DNA from: Diadema setosum
Taxonomy: Eukaryota
Assembly (NCBI RefSeq): GCF_964275005.1
Contig: NC_092705.1
Location: 4,030,001 to 4,092,000, forward strand
Length of the DNA: 62,000 nt
Reading direction: 5' to 3'
Within the stretch, counting starts at the first letter, position 1. Each line of letters begins with the position of its first letter. This document shows positions 47,806 through 60,240 of the stretch, piece after piece. The translations under genes and the position numbers were made by a program. Below the pieces are notes generated by a model. That model had not been told where the DNA came from. It was given only the letters and a program-made list of their open reading frames with translations, and did not search any database.

Positions 47806-50800
47806 CCCCGTGTCGAAAATAAGATAAAATGACGATCAAAAGAGCACATTCCATTAACTTCTTACAGATGCATGTTAACATCTTTCGTCTGCTTCCTTAA
47901 CGAAGTGCTCTTTCACCGTACCAAAATTATACAATATTATGTAAAATTCTTTTAAAGGTTCATCTTTACGTCTATTAAGATCGTGATGTCACTTCACTCT
48001 TACATCATAAACTCCTGTAGCCTTCTGTAAGCATCTTGTACTTCCCTAGAACGGATTGTCCGATTTTCCTTATATATTTCTGCAGTCACTGAATGTGGAT
48101 TCAGTGAATAAACTCCGACTAAGTAGAGTAGATTGCCCAGTAATAATGATCACAGATGAAACATTTTTTTTTTTCCTGTCGTGGGTGTATGCAACCAGAG
48201 CTGTCTTGCGTGCGTGCTTCTGCAATATCATACATTCTTCAGTCAACAAAAAAAAAAAAAAAAAAAAAAAAAGACTAATCGGATAAGAATGAGGGTCTCC
48301 ATCACGCAATGGAGCGGCTAAATAAGGTCTCATTGGCCAAGTTCTGAGAAATTTCTCAACTTCTTCTGAGGGTGTTAACAATAGGCCTACTTCCCCTCGC
48401 TATTAAAAAAAAAAAAAAAAGTACACTGACTTTATCCAAAAGCCACCTTATTGTCCCCCCCCCCCCGCCGCTAAACATACAAAGAGATTTACCATTTAAA
48501 TCCTTGTATTTTATGTATCCTAAAAAGTATTGTGATAAACGATTTTCGTATGACTAAAATATCGTGATGAGTCAATGATTCGAAGTTTGACCCTATGAAA
48601 TTGGGTGTATACCTAAACACCCCTTTTATTTCAGTTATGTGCTCTTGTATATACACTATCTAAAGATCTAAATTGTTCCGCAATACATCCACTCACAGGC
48701 TACTGGCTTTGGAATATAAACACCGTTACGTGGCATGGCGCGCTGGTTTACTGCTTGATGTGTTGTTTGCTGATATGCTAGATGGAATGATACTAAAGAT
48801 AGTCATGATTATGATTGATAACGATTATAGAAATAGCAATGATAATAAGAAGTAGTAGTACTACTTTACGAGTAGTAGTAGTAGTAGTAGTAGTAGTAAT
48901 GATGATGATGATGATGATAATGATACTCAACTTCTACTACTACTACTAATAATAATGATAATAATAATTATAATGATAATGATAATAATAAAAACAACAA
49001 TAATAATATAGATTCATTAGGATACAGTCTTCAATTGAGCACTGCTCAGAATGCTCTGCTGTTATCGCCTGGAAAACCGTCTTTACACCTCGGTTGAGAG
49101 GCCGGGACATTGTGTTTTTTTCTGCATGTTTTGTCTTGCTTCTTCGATGCCCGTGACATTTTTGCCCTTACATGAAATTGACCTGTAAGGAAATATTCTT
49201 GTAGACGTATCTACGTATATCTGGTGGGGGAAAAACAGTATGCCTTGGAGCTGTGTTTCGGGACATAATTTTCCCTTTCAAGCAGTGCATTCCCGATTGC
49301 TCGAGTCCCGATTAAACGGTGGCGACTGTAGATCTTGGCCGACTCTGCAGCCTCTACCATTTCCTGCCACTACACTCTGTATTATGTGCACATGTTATTG
49401 AACCCAAAGACGATGATAGCCTGAACAAACGTTCCTGAAGGAGTTTACATAACACGTTGGTCCATTTCAAAGGACATAGGTTTAGCTATTGCCAGTCTGC
49501 TCGGTCAGGAAGGTGGTTTGATTAAGGAGACCTCTTTGGTTCGATACTTCGTCCCAAAGGTCAATGGGCATGATTTTTAAGATTTACAAAGCCCAGCCTG
49601 CTGTACGTAATGCGGCCATTGCGGTATAACCAGTCGTTCCAGGTACCGATCGTGTAAGCTCAGTGGTGTTTTCTGTTGACAAAAGCATGTAAAATCGGGG
49701 ACAGCCCCGTTTGAGTCCCTTCCTTTCGACTATGAATATTCATGATAACATGAATATGCATTGTTTTGGCAGTTACGCCCACAATGTAAACATGATACGA
49801 GGAACAACGCGGGTATTTTAAATGCTGTGACGTATGACAGCCCAACAACAATGTATCTGGCATGTACTGAATAACAAGCCAAGGTGATTACTAAGTAATG
49901 TGTTCCTCCTCCCCCCCCCCCCCTCTCTCTCTCTCTCTTCTATATCTCTATCCCCCCCCCCCCCCCCACTCCCGCTGTCTCGTTTAATGTTGTAAAAGTC
50001 GAAGTGACTGCGCGTGCCTGCGGAAAAGTAAATTATAATCATTTTGAGTGGAATACAAATATGCGGCTATTATGATGTGCAGTCACTCTTTTACAGCTAT
50101 GTAGTCTATTCTATGAAGATTGTTTGAACAATGATCCAATAGAAACATCGGTAAGCTTTCTGCCGCGTACTAAGCCGGAAAGGGATTGTCAGGGGCTCAA
50201 AGGAGGACACCTTCTTGGATGCTCGAACCCTAGATGGCGCCGTGTGATGGATGGAACCATTATACCCCAAGTGGCAGATAAACCATGAAGCAGATGAGTA
50301 GAAAGTTGGAGATATAGAGATAGAATGGGTGAGAGAAAGAGACCGACCGACAGACAGACAGACAAATAAAGAAAGGGGGATGGGTATAGGCCGGGCGAGA
50401 GTGAGACAGCAAGACTGTAGACATGTTATTATCCCAAAGCGAACACTTACCTCTTTGACAGATATAGCACAATCATACCATCAATATGTCATTCATATAA
50501 ATTAAGTTGTAATCAAAAATACACACAAGCGCGAATACGGACCTATTTTTGTAAACGACACGTTAACACAGTGGGAGAAAAGTGAATTTTGTTTAGTTAA
50601 TGAAGACCTGCATGTAATAAAGTAAGATCAAAACTACGGAACCTCCGGTCTAGCCACATTTGGTCGGTGTTTTGTAACAAATAACTAATACAAGAAAAAA
50701 ATACAACTCCCAAAAGATTTGGAATAATCACGCAGAAATCACTTCCAAAGCACGTATTAATTCAATGTAGCGAAAAAAAAAAAAGTTGTATCGTAACAGA

Positions 50801-51049
50801 GAAAAAGAGGAAGGAAAATCAAACTTTAATATCACATTTAATGAAGAAAGAAAATATGCTGAATTTATCATTCGCAGAAAGTTACCCAAAATTGTTCGAA
50901 TACAAAACGGGGCACAACAGAGTATAACATCGCCTACCTTTTTAAAGACCTGTTGACGAAGACCGTGTGGTATGGAAGATGTTTCAATTGAAAAGTAACA
51001 ACCGAGTTCCTTCAAAATGCGTGTAGTTCTCAGTTCGGTTGTGTTGGAG

Positions 51050-51650
51050 AGTGTTTGAGAGGAACACCCTTGGGTTTATATATGCATAGCAGTGGGGATC
51101 ATCTTTGTGTCTTTCGTTTGCGATGAGTACATCTCTTTCAAAACTGGACTCATACGCCATGTCGTTACGGTGAATTGCGAATGACTAATGTTACCAGAAA
51201 TAGAACCGTTACCACAGCGTAGGAAGCGAGAATCTCCCGAATTGAAAGCTGTCTGAATGGAGTATTAAGTGCACGTTCTAAAATTGGTTTCACTGCTCGC
51301 GTAAAAGACTGTAAGAGTGACAGGTGAAGTGCTTGCAGAGTATGGAGAGCCCAAGAACGTAGTTTACAAACCGGCTGTGGGTTGGAGCAGTTCGTCCCTA
51401 GAATTGCGTCACACGCTTCGCACACGCCGGTTGAACGGGCAGCGTGTTGGTATATTGGGATTCCCTGGGTAGGCGCACGACGCGATAGATCGCCAGCCAA
51501 GAGCGCGAAGACCCCGAGGCGCGGGGAATCCCCAATCTCCACAACCGGGGAACCACGCCTCGCGCATCCACTCCCCCAACAATTTCTCCTGGCATGATAA
51601 AACCAACAAAGAAAGATAGAAAGGAAGAAACAAAGAAAGCGAAAAGCAAA
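51050..51650 (-). promoter_or_regulatory. Candidate promoter of the TNFSF gene (TATA + NF-kB + IRF-like sites)
   Basis: TATATAAA on - at 51075-51082; GGGGAATCCCC at 51523-51533; GGGATTCCC at 51457-51465; GAAAGCGAAA at 51635-51644; CpG-rich 51400-51580. Downstream - strand donors (exon ends 50938 or 50451) could splice to the acceptor at 44388. Confidence 0.5.
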
Positions 51651-51676
51651 AACAAAATCAAAGTGATGATGCATTC

Positions 51677-51770
51677 ACTTTATTTTATTTTATTTATTTT
51701 TATTTATTCATTCTCCACTCATGGGACGGATAGCCCTGGTCAGCTAAGAGCTGTTTTTCACAGGGGTCCG
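51677..51770 (-). mobile_element. Retroposon 3' end with (AAAT)n-like tail
   Basis: - strand ggacccctgtgaaaaacagctc...gaataaataaaaataaataaaataaa. Confidence 0.4.
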
Positions 51771-52320
51771 ACTGTAAGAGTCACTATGTGTTTTCCATTG
51801 GTTAAGATACAACCCGGTTCATTTTATTCCTTTTTCTTTTCTTTCTTTTTCTTTAACCCGCAAATAAGGGCTTACTCCGAGGGATTAAAATCTTGTAGAT
51901 AAAGGAAAATTAATGATCCATGATATGCATTAATATGTCTTATTTCAGTAAAGACTGCACTATCCTTACCTCCCATTAGCATCATACCGATACGCCTTAT
52001 AAGCGTACGATTGGTGAAATATTGTAATATGGAAATTTACCTCATTAGACAAACATTACCATTATGCGGAGCAAAGATAGGGGTGTTTTTTATGAATTTG
52101 TTTCACCGCAAAAGGCCCACACCCTAACTATCCTATCATCTCATGTCATTGAAACTCTCATTTCTAATGCTCTTGCAAGAGATAATGGACTATTGTGGTG
52201 GAAAGTCTCGCCTGTATGAATGCACGCCAGTCCATCGATACTGAAGCGCCAATCCGTGTGAGACTACGTCATCCTTCCAGACTTCCAGATATAGCTTTCT
52301 TTGTCGTGCATAACTTTTTA

Positions 52321-52895
52321 TGTGACCGCCCTTGCAGCTCAAAACCACAAAAAGTAGGACAACTCGAATTTTACGTACAGAGCAAGCGCTAAGCCCCTAG
52401 ATAATATAATTATAACTTGTTGAAATTTGACCATCCCATTCAAAAAAGTGATTGAATTAAGAGAGAGTCAGGAGAAGTTTCATAGAAAAGAGAGAAAAGG
52501 GTAAAGGTTACGATTTTACTCAGGCGTGCTGTGCCGAAGTATCAATAAAAGCATGTTCAACTTCACGCTGAAATCAGTGCTTTTCAAATATCTTATATCT
52601 ATAAATAAATAAATATATAAATAAATAAACAAATAAATAGATAGATAAATAAATAATAAATAAATAAATAACTTTATACAATATATATATACAATATGTA
52701 TATATATATATATATATATATAAATGGTCTAGCAAAACTGTTTATATCTCAATTTCAACAGCTTCTTGTAGATTAAGAAAAGGGTACTCTCGTAAGTATA
52801 TTAAGATAAACATAAATCGGTCAACCAAAATAACACATTTTGGTCCATTACAGTGAATTTGCGACTTTTCGTTGGTGTCGGACTGAACAGTCATG
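52321..52895. mobile_element. Degenerate relative of the 1766-2459 element
   Basis: ta|tgtgaccg...caaaaccacaaaaagt start; gcgacttttcg...cagtcatg|ta end. Confidence 0.4.
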
Positions 52896-52988
52896 TATAG
52901 TTGCTCTCATTCTGATCTTTTTCGTCAATCGAATATTCAGGAAAAGTCTTTTTGATATGTTTTTTTTTTATATATATGAGTTCTGTTT

Positions 52989-55473
52989 TTAACCTTATAA
53001 AGCCCAAGCTATTTTGACCCCTTCCCCTTATGGAACAAACACAGTGTTACCACAGTGTGTTCACATAGTTGACTATGTGTAAACAATGTGTTAACCATGT
53101 GGTCACAGCGTTGTCACAGTGTGGTATTCGAGATCACATAGTGTACCACATTACTGGCATACTGAACACAGAGTGGCACACATATACCACAGTGTGGTAT
53201 AGTGTTACGACAGTGTGTTCACATAGTTGACTATGTGTAAACAATGTGCTAACCATGTGGTCACAGCAGCGTTGTCACGGTGTGGGATTTGAGATCACAT
53301 AGTGTACCACATTACTGGCATACTGAACACAGAGTGGCACACATATACCACAGTGTGGTATGTATTTAACTATGTGTAAACCCTGTGTTCATAATGCTAC
53401 CACAGTCTGGTATTTCAGTTTAAGTGGTTTACCACATAATCCCCACATAGATGACATACTGAACACACTGTGAATCATGTTTGACACAGTGTGGTATATT
53501 TTGAACTATGTGTAAACCCTGTGTTGATAGTGTTGTCACACTGTGGGATTTTAGATCATTCATTTACCACATAATCCACACAGACTTGGCATACCGGACA
53601 CTGTGACATGTGCTTAACACAGTGTGGTATATGTTGAACTATGTGTAAACCCTGTGCTCGGTGTTGTCACTTTGTGGGTTTCAGATCATTCACCTACATC
53701 ATCTCCAGAATCTCATTAGTAGGTGAGTTATGCTGTGAATTATGACAATTGATTTAAGCAGTACTTAACCTGTCCTATACTCCTACAGTATTACCTATTA
53801 AATGGGAGTGCTGAGGTACAGCATGTGATACTTCATGTGGTATTTCTGTGGTATTCCTGTGGTATTCCTGTGGTACAGATTTTTGCATAGCTCATGAATA
53901 TTCATAAAAAGCAACCTGGATTTTAGAAAATTCATAAAATACTTCTAAATTCGAAGTATTTATGATGGGATTTCCTTTGAACTATTGTCTAATAATGTTA
54001 TGTTATACCCAATGTCATAAATTTTGTTATGAAAAGGTAATTTCATATTCAATAACAGTAATTATCTAGTCAGTAACCGTGCCTTCATGCATTACAAATA
54101 TTGATACACCTGATGACTATGTGGTGACTACAACAATGTACTGCGGTGGGCTATGTGGTGACTGCCACAGTGTGGTAGACTATGTGGCGAATACCATAGT
54201 GTGGTGGACTATGTAGTGAATACCATAGTGTTGTGGATTATGTGGTGACTACCACAGTGTAATGGACTATGTGGTTATAACCCTGTGGTCACAGTGTATG
54301 AGACTGTGGTTTGATTCACAGTGTATTTAATATGTGTTTTGGACCATGTGGTAACGCTATGTTGCACAGTGTGGTGACGTTGTGTTTCATACTGTGGTAA
54401 ATACACAGTGTTACCACACGTCCCAAAATCACATATTAAACACATATTAAACCCATGTGTTCGACACTGTGTTACACATTGTGTGCCACACTGTGGTGCA
54501 CACTGTGTTACATAGTATGGTAAAACTGTGTTCTTTCCATAAGGGCAGGCCCAAGGGGTGGGGGGGGGGGCACATTGTGCCCCCCATATAACTTCTTTAT
54601 TATATGATGTATGACCGTCATATTTTGCACATGGATAGAGCAACTCATAGTCTACATGACCCAACATCTGAAATTTCTCAAGGTCATCCACTGAGGGCGC
54701 TATTTGCCAAAATATAAAGAAATACTTAGGAAATACGCTAAAATCATGTTTTTTCTTGTATTTCTTTATCCCAAGTATATGTTTTTATTTTCATATTCAC
54801 CTCAAAGGACAAGCAAGTCAACCTTCACTATTAGTTATGGTTGAAATTTCTCAAGGTCAACATGTGGGGCGCTATTCATTACAATATAAAGAAATATATG
54901 AAACCTATGATGTATTGCTTGGAATGGGTACATAGTATTGGTATCACATTTCATATTTCCAAAATATTGAATTTTGAGTTTGCAGATTGATGATATGATA
55001 AACAAATGATATTACAGGCAAAGCTTGTGTGAAAATAACATAAAATAAAAGGGTAGTCTTTGAAAAATGCTGTATTTTCGATTATTTATATTATATCTAT
55101 TGTTTGATGCCTATGTCATATAAGAAATAAAGGAAATAGTAAGACCATTTCAGGGTAATTCACAACCATGATTACTTCACATTTTGGTCCTTCGGCAAAT
55201 TACAGCCAAGAAAACCCCCATTTCATCCATTATTATATTGTTAACTTAAATTGGAACAGAAAATTATGCAAAATGTGACGAACATAGTTGTCAGTTTACG
55301 GTTGCCATGGCAACCAGCAATATCGGACATGGCTAAATTATATATCAAAATGTTTGCAATAAGATTTCAGGAAAAGTCACCAAATTTGGTTGAAATCGGG
55401 TAAAGGGTGTAGGAGTGGCAAATGGAAATATTGTGGGGGCACAATGTGTCCCCCTTGGGCTTTATAGGGTTAA
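52989..55473. mobile_element. piggyBac-like non-autonomous element (TTAA TSD, CC(C/T)T termini) interrupted by a nested insertion
   Basis: ttaaccttataaagcccaag / cttgggctttatagggttaa TIRs; subterminal ggggcacattgtgcccc mirrored at 55436-55454. Confidence 0.8.
53025..54545. mobile_element. Nested foldback element with CCC..GGG termini and cacagtgtgg-rich subterminal tandem arrays (EnSpm/CMC-like)
   Basis: cccttatggaacaaacacagtgttacca / tggtaaaactgtgttctttccataaggg; ~159-bp direct repeat at 53051/53210; ~33-bp repeats 54115-54280. Confidence 0.8.
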
Positions 55474-55719
55474 GGCTTTGATGGCAATCCATTCTAAGTA
55501 CAGTATACATGATATAATAATATTTACGATCAAGAACGATTCTTTTAATTTCGACAATGTTACTGCGTGTCATTCGCCTGTGTATGTTCATTCGCGTGTG
55601 TATGTGTGTCTGTCTGTTACTCTGTCTTCTTATTGGGCTTCCAGACTTTTTTTTTTAATCTGCCTTTATTCCCAATTTTTCCCCCTTTTTGCATGAGATC
55701 ATTTTCTAGTGACATTCTG

Positions 55720-55983
55720 TACCTGAGGGGCCCACATTCTACAAGCATTGCCTTTTTAGTGGGTCCCTCCATTTTTCGATATTTTGTGTAATGTTATATC
55801 GTCTATATCACTTCAGTCAATTTTCATTACAATATTATTTTTTACCCCAAGGTTCCACAATTATGTTTTCTCAATTTACTTTGTTTTGATTATATGTAAC
55901 CTTATTCTCTGTTACCAAAGAAAGTGAAATGTTTATGTTCTTTTCGAAAAATGAAATAAAGTTTGAATTGAATTTGAACTGAA
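55720..55983 (+). mobile_element. LINE-type 3' end with stem-loop and (TTGAA)n tail
   Basis: gaggggcccac...gtgggtccctc stem; aataaa gtttgaattgaatttgaactgaa tail. Confidence 0.5.
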
Positions 55984-56067
55984 TATCTTTTTATCTTAAT
56001 ATTTATGTATGTATGTATGCATATATATATATATATGTATATATATAATATGTACATTATATGTATG

Positions 56068-56070
<3 letters not shown>

Positions 56071-56111
<41 letters not shown>
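56071..56111. repeat. (AT)n microsatellite
   Basis: Direct reading. Confidence 0.95.
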
Positions 56112-56113
<2 letters not shown>

Positions 56114-56844
56114 TTATGATGTCTCAGCAGAATAATAATTTCAACCTACCGATAAAAAACCTAGATCTCCTAAATCTTGCATAGAAAAAAAATAGAAAGC
56201 AGAAGAAGAAGGAAAAGAAACCGGATAGATAATTCCGTCAAATCATTTCTGCACTCTTTTTATTTGAATTTGTGGTCATCACAGAGATAGGTCATTATTA
56301 CTTTATTGTCGTTCATACTCGTCTTAGATTAACCGTTATGAAGCCCAGCTACGCATTATATCTGGGTTTGTCAAAGACAAAAGCAAAACTGACTACATTC
56401 TATTTCAACTTATAGTAAGTGTAAATGCAAATTTAATTTCTAATGTTGAATGCAAATCATTTTTACAACTGTCAACAAAGCGTAGCCTGAAGCAAGTGGA
56501 TGAACAAGATTTTATTCACGAATTTCCCTCACAAAAATCTATACGTGTATAGGCCTATTTCTATTTTTGTCTGTCAAATTTACCAAACATTTTACCCTCA
56601 GATATCACATATCTCGAAGATTTGTCAAATTTGACAAAAGGTCGCTCCTTCATGAGAACAAATACTGAATCAGTATAAGTGGGAAACGTGAAGTACAGAA
56701 AACACTTTTTGTATGACTGTATAACATGTTACTTATAATTATTTCACTCAGTTTTGCTTACAGATTTTATAGACTATCTCAGTGTATAAAACGTGCCTAC
56801 ATGTGCACCAAGACTTTGCATCTTTTTGCTTTAAATTCTGAGAA

Positions 56845-56880
<36 letters not shown>

Positions 56881-57700
56881 CGCGACAATAGGATAAATAC
56901 CTAAGATCAATGCTGTACATTAAATAGCTTTGCTGGTAGACACGTAGCATTCGATTGGTCTATTAGACATTTGTGACGTCGCTTGTTATTGCAAAAGGCA
57001 TGGACTATACCCCGCGTAATGGCAATTGACAATGTTTCAACCTCCATGTTTCAACATTAAACGTTTGTTAATGTTAGTCAATAAGTCTCAGGTAGTTTGT
57101 CTTCAGAACGCTCCGTGTTTGAACCCTATTTCCGGGAGCTTAGAAACACGATTATGTTGGCAATGTGCTACAACATTTAATTGGGGCATTGTGATATTTG
57201 TAGACTGATAAGTTATCGAATATCTGGGCAAACTGTTGATACATTGACTATTATCTGTTGGCTATGTATGATCGGTCAATTTGTCAGTCTATACGTTCGA
57301 AGACAATGAATTTCGCAATTCTTGAGCGGCGCATTATTGCGGAGAACCCACAAAAATGGTGAACACTTCTATATCTATTATTTATGCTAAAAATATATCA
57401 TGCGCTTAAAGAGGTGGGCGGGGATACGCGAGTAACACACTGTGGCATAGTGGATCAGTCCCGTCAAGTGCTCATAAGTCCTCAAGTCGCCAAACCGTAC
57501 ACACCCAAAAAGAAGATGTTAACAAAAACATCTGTCAATTTCACGAAGCAGCATAAATGAGGCCGGTCATTCCTTCGAGCTTTGCTTGATATGGCGGCCA
57601 TCTATACATTGTCTATAGCTGCCACTATCGATATCTATGTTCCCTATGCAAGGTCAACTTCCTGTAATAAACCACTGTATAACTCTCACACGCACGCACG

Positions 57701-57743
<43 letters not shown>

Positions 57744-59659
57744 CAGGAGTCTCATATATTTTTCAAGTATACAGCGTGTTCCCTGAATTCGAGATGTAGG
57801 CGTATGTGTGTGTTGTCATAATTTCTACTCTCTTACATGATTTAATTAAATACATATATTTGCAGTATCATTGTGTATGGTTCGAGAGATTTGCGGTAAT
57901 TAATGAAGGGACAGATGAGGATAATCAAACAGCGCTAAATTTAGATTCTTTATGGTCAATTGTCCGAGACCATGCACGTCAATGAAGTGGAGACTATAAG
58001 GCAGACCGGAGGGAAAGTATGATGTCAAGTATTGCAACAACGAGGCAACTGATTACCGTTTCACTTCCATGCGTATTGCACACAGCAGAAGATAGTGTGG
58101 AGATCCAGGAATAGAAAGTGATATATTGATATATGATATATATGATATATATGATATATATGATAGTTATATATAATATATGATATATTCTGTTATCGGT
58201 ATAAAAGCCACTGTTACATCATCAGTTCAAACTGATCCGTATGCATACAGTTTCCCTTTGCCGATCACGTTTCACGTTAGCGTATAGATAATGTGATTGA
58301 TTATAAATAACCTGCAAATAAATACTATAATTATTAGTCATAAGGGATTTGCCGCGCAGTTTCAAGAGCCATTCAGAGCACATTTCTAAGAATGCAATTA
58401 AACGCAGGCATCCACTTTCAACGTGCTTGCGATGGCATGAAACATGTCTAGGAACAGAAAAAAAAAATCCACACTGTGGGTCGATTGCAACACGGGATAC
58501 ACTCTCCTTTGAAAGCCTCTGTTCCGTTCTCTATTGTCTTACGGCTGTGCTTTCAGAATCTTTTGAATTATACGTGCGTAATGTGTTGGCACATCAATTC
58601 AATGGATGACATTGATTGTGACAAGTTTACGCAACGGGGTGACTGAAAATTGACTGTTAAGTACTCGCAGCTCGCACAAATATCCCTTTCTATATACCTT
58701 ATATCCGTCTCTGTCTTACATTCCCTTTGTGTTGTCCTCCTCGTCAAAATGCTATACTGAAAATACTCGACGTTAAAGTTGTTTATTTTGAGTTCTGGTT
58801 CTTCAATTCTTCAACTTGGATCACTATACGTCAGATACCATATCGCCAAGAAGCCGTTATCCAAGTCAAGCAAACTGCTCATTAATAACGGTTTTTTCCA
58901 CTAGTACCTCCCGATTGAAATATATATTCGTGTTTACACGAGACTATATCTATTTATATTAGTCAGTAATTAAATCAATCACACATTTTTATTGTCCATC
59001 TGTTATCATGGATATTTGCTTTGTTCATATGCTTTAAAAATATACATAATACAATTACACAAACAACATTCAAATGACATTTAATTACACAAAGAACATT
59101 TAAATGACATGTAAGACATAAGTAGGCATCAGTTTGCCAACATTATAGAACGTGGAAAACAATAATTTTATATCAACATCAGTTTTCAAACATTCAACAG
59201 ATTGATGTATCTTCAGAATTATCATAAACTGTAAGTACAACAAAACTGATATAGGTGGTTTATTTTCGTGCCTTGAGGGTACAATGTACCAAATCCTACA
59301 AATCGTTCATTTATATTCACCGGATGAAATAAAATTTATAATAAATAGATAATCTTCCTTTGATGAGATTCAATCACATCCAACTTCTCAACTTTATTAT
59401 ATTAATCTTAAAATAAATAAATGACGTCAGCTACAATAATTTAGACCTTCTCTACAACGTCATCTTTGCAACCTCCAAATCCTTCCTAAAACATACATTA
59501 TCAATCAATCCAATCAATCAAGTACTCTTTCTGTATGCTCTTTATCAGTCGTATATTTTACTGTGAACGATGTTAATTTATCATGATGATTTCATTTGCA
59601 CAAGAGGAGAAATAAGACATATTGAAACTGGACTGCATTGAAACAGGGTTTCTCCTTCC

Positions 59660-60240
59660 AGAGGGGGAATTCCACACCAGTTAATATTAGTTTGGAAAGA
59701 GAGAGTGAAATATGACAAACACAGAAGTGAAAATCACATCAATTAATGGTGTCAAATTTCAAAGATTCACTAATTTTTGTGTAACAGTTCTTGAACACTA
59801 ATGGGTGAGCTGATAATGCCATTACTCCACGATTTTCCATTGTCCTTGAACCAAAAACTGGTGAAAATTAATTTTTTTTTCTGGTCTAGACGTAAAAAAA
59901 AAAAATCCCGTAATATTATTCCTGATTGAATAATTTCAAAATTTGATCTGTCAGCAGGATTTGAGACTGGGGCATTTTACTTTGTGACTGATTAAGAAAC
60001 TAGAAATGTCATGATTTTGATGTACACACCGTCATTGACTGTAAGCCAAGTTGTGAGGGGATGACATCATCCATTAACTATTTGCATGTGCATATTATTG
60101 ACTGTTCAACAACGGTTTATAAACTTTTCTCGAATCTTCACAATTTTCATCCGATTTTGGTCAAACTTTGTCTGCTGTGCTTGTAAGATTTTATTCTTCT
60201 CCTCAGAGTAAATTTTATTTGTCCTGGATATCCCCTTTAA
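59660..60240 (+). mobile_element. TTAA-type non-autonomous element, same family as 39160-39680
   Basis: Ends tggatatcccctttaa; degenerate left terminus agggggaattcca; internal blocks shared with the 39.4-39.6 kb copy. Confidence 0.6.

Noticed and set aside
59646..59673. NF-kB sites GGGTTTCTCC / GGGGAATTCC
   Set aside because: They coincide with the degenerate terminus of a repeat and are far from any supported promoter; isolated kB-like matches (e.g. 61398-61407) occur at background.
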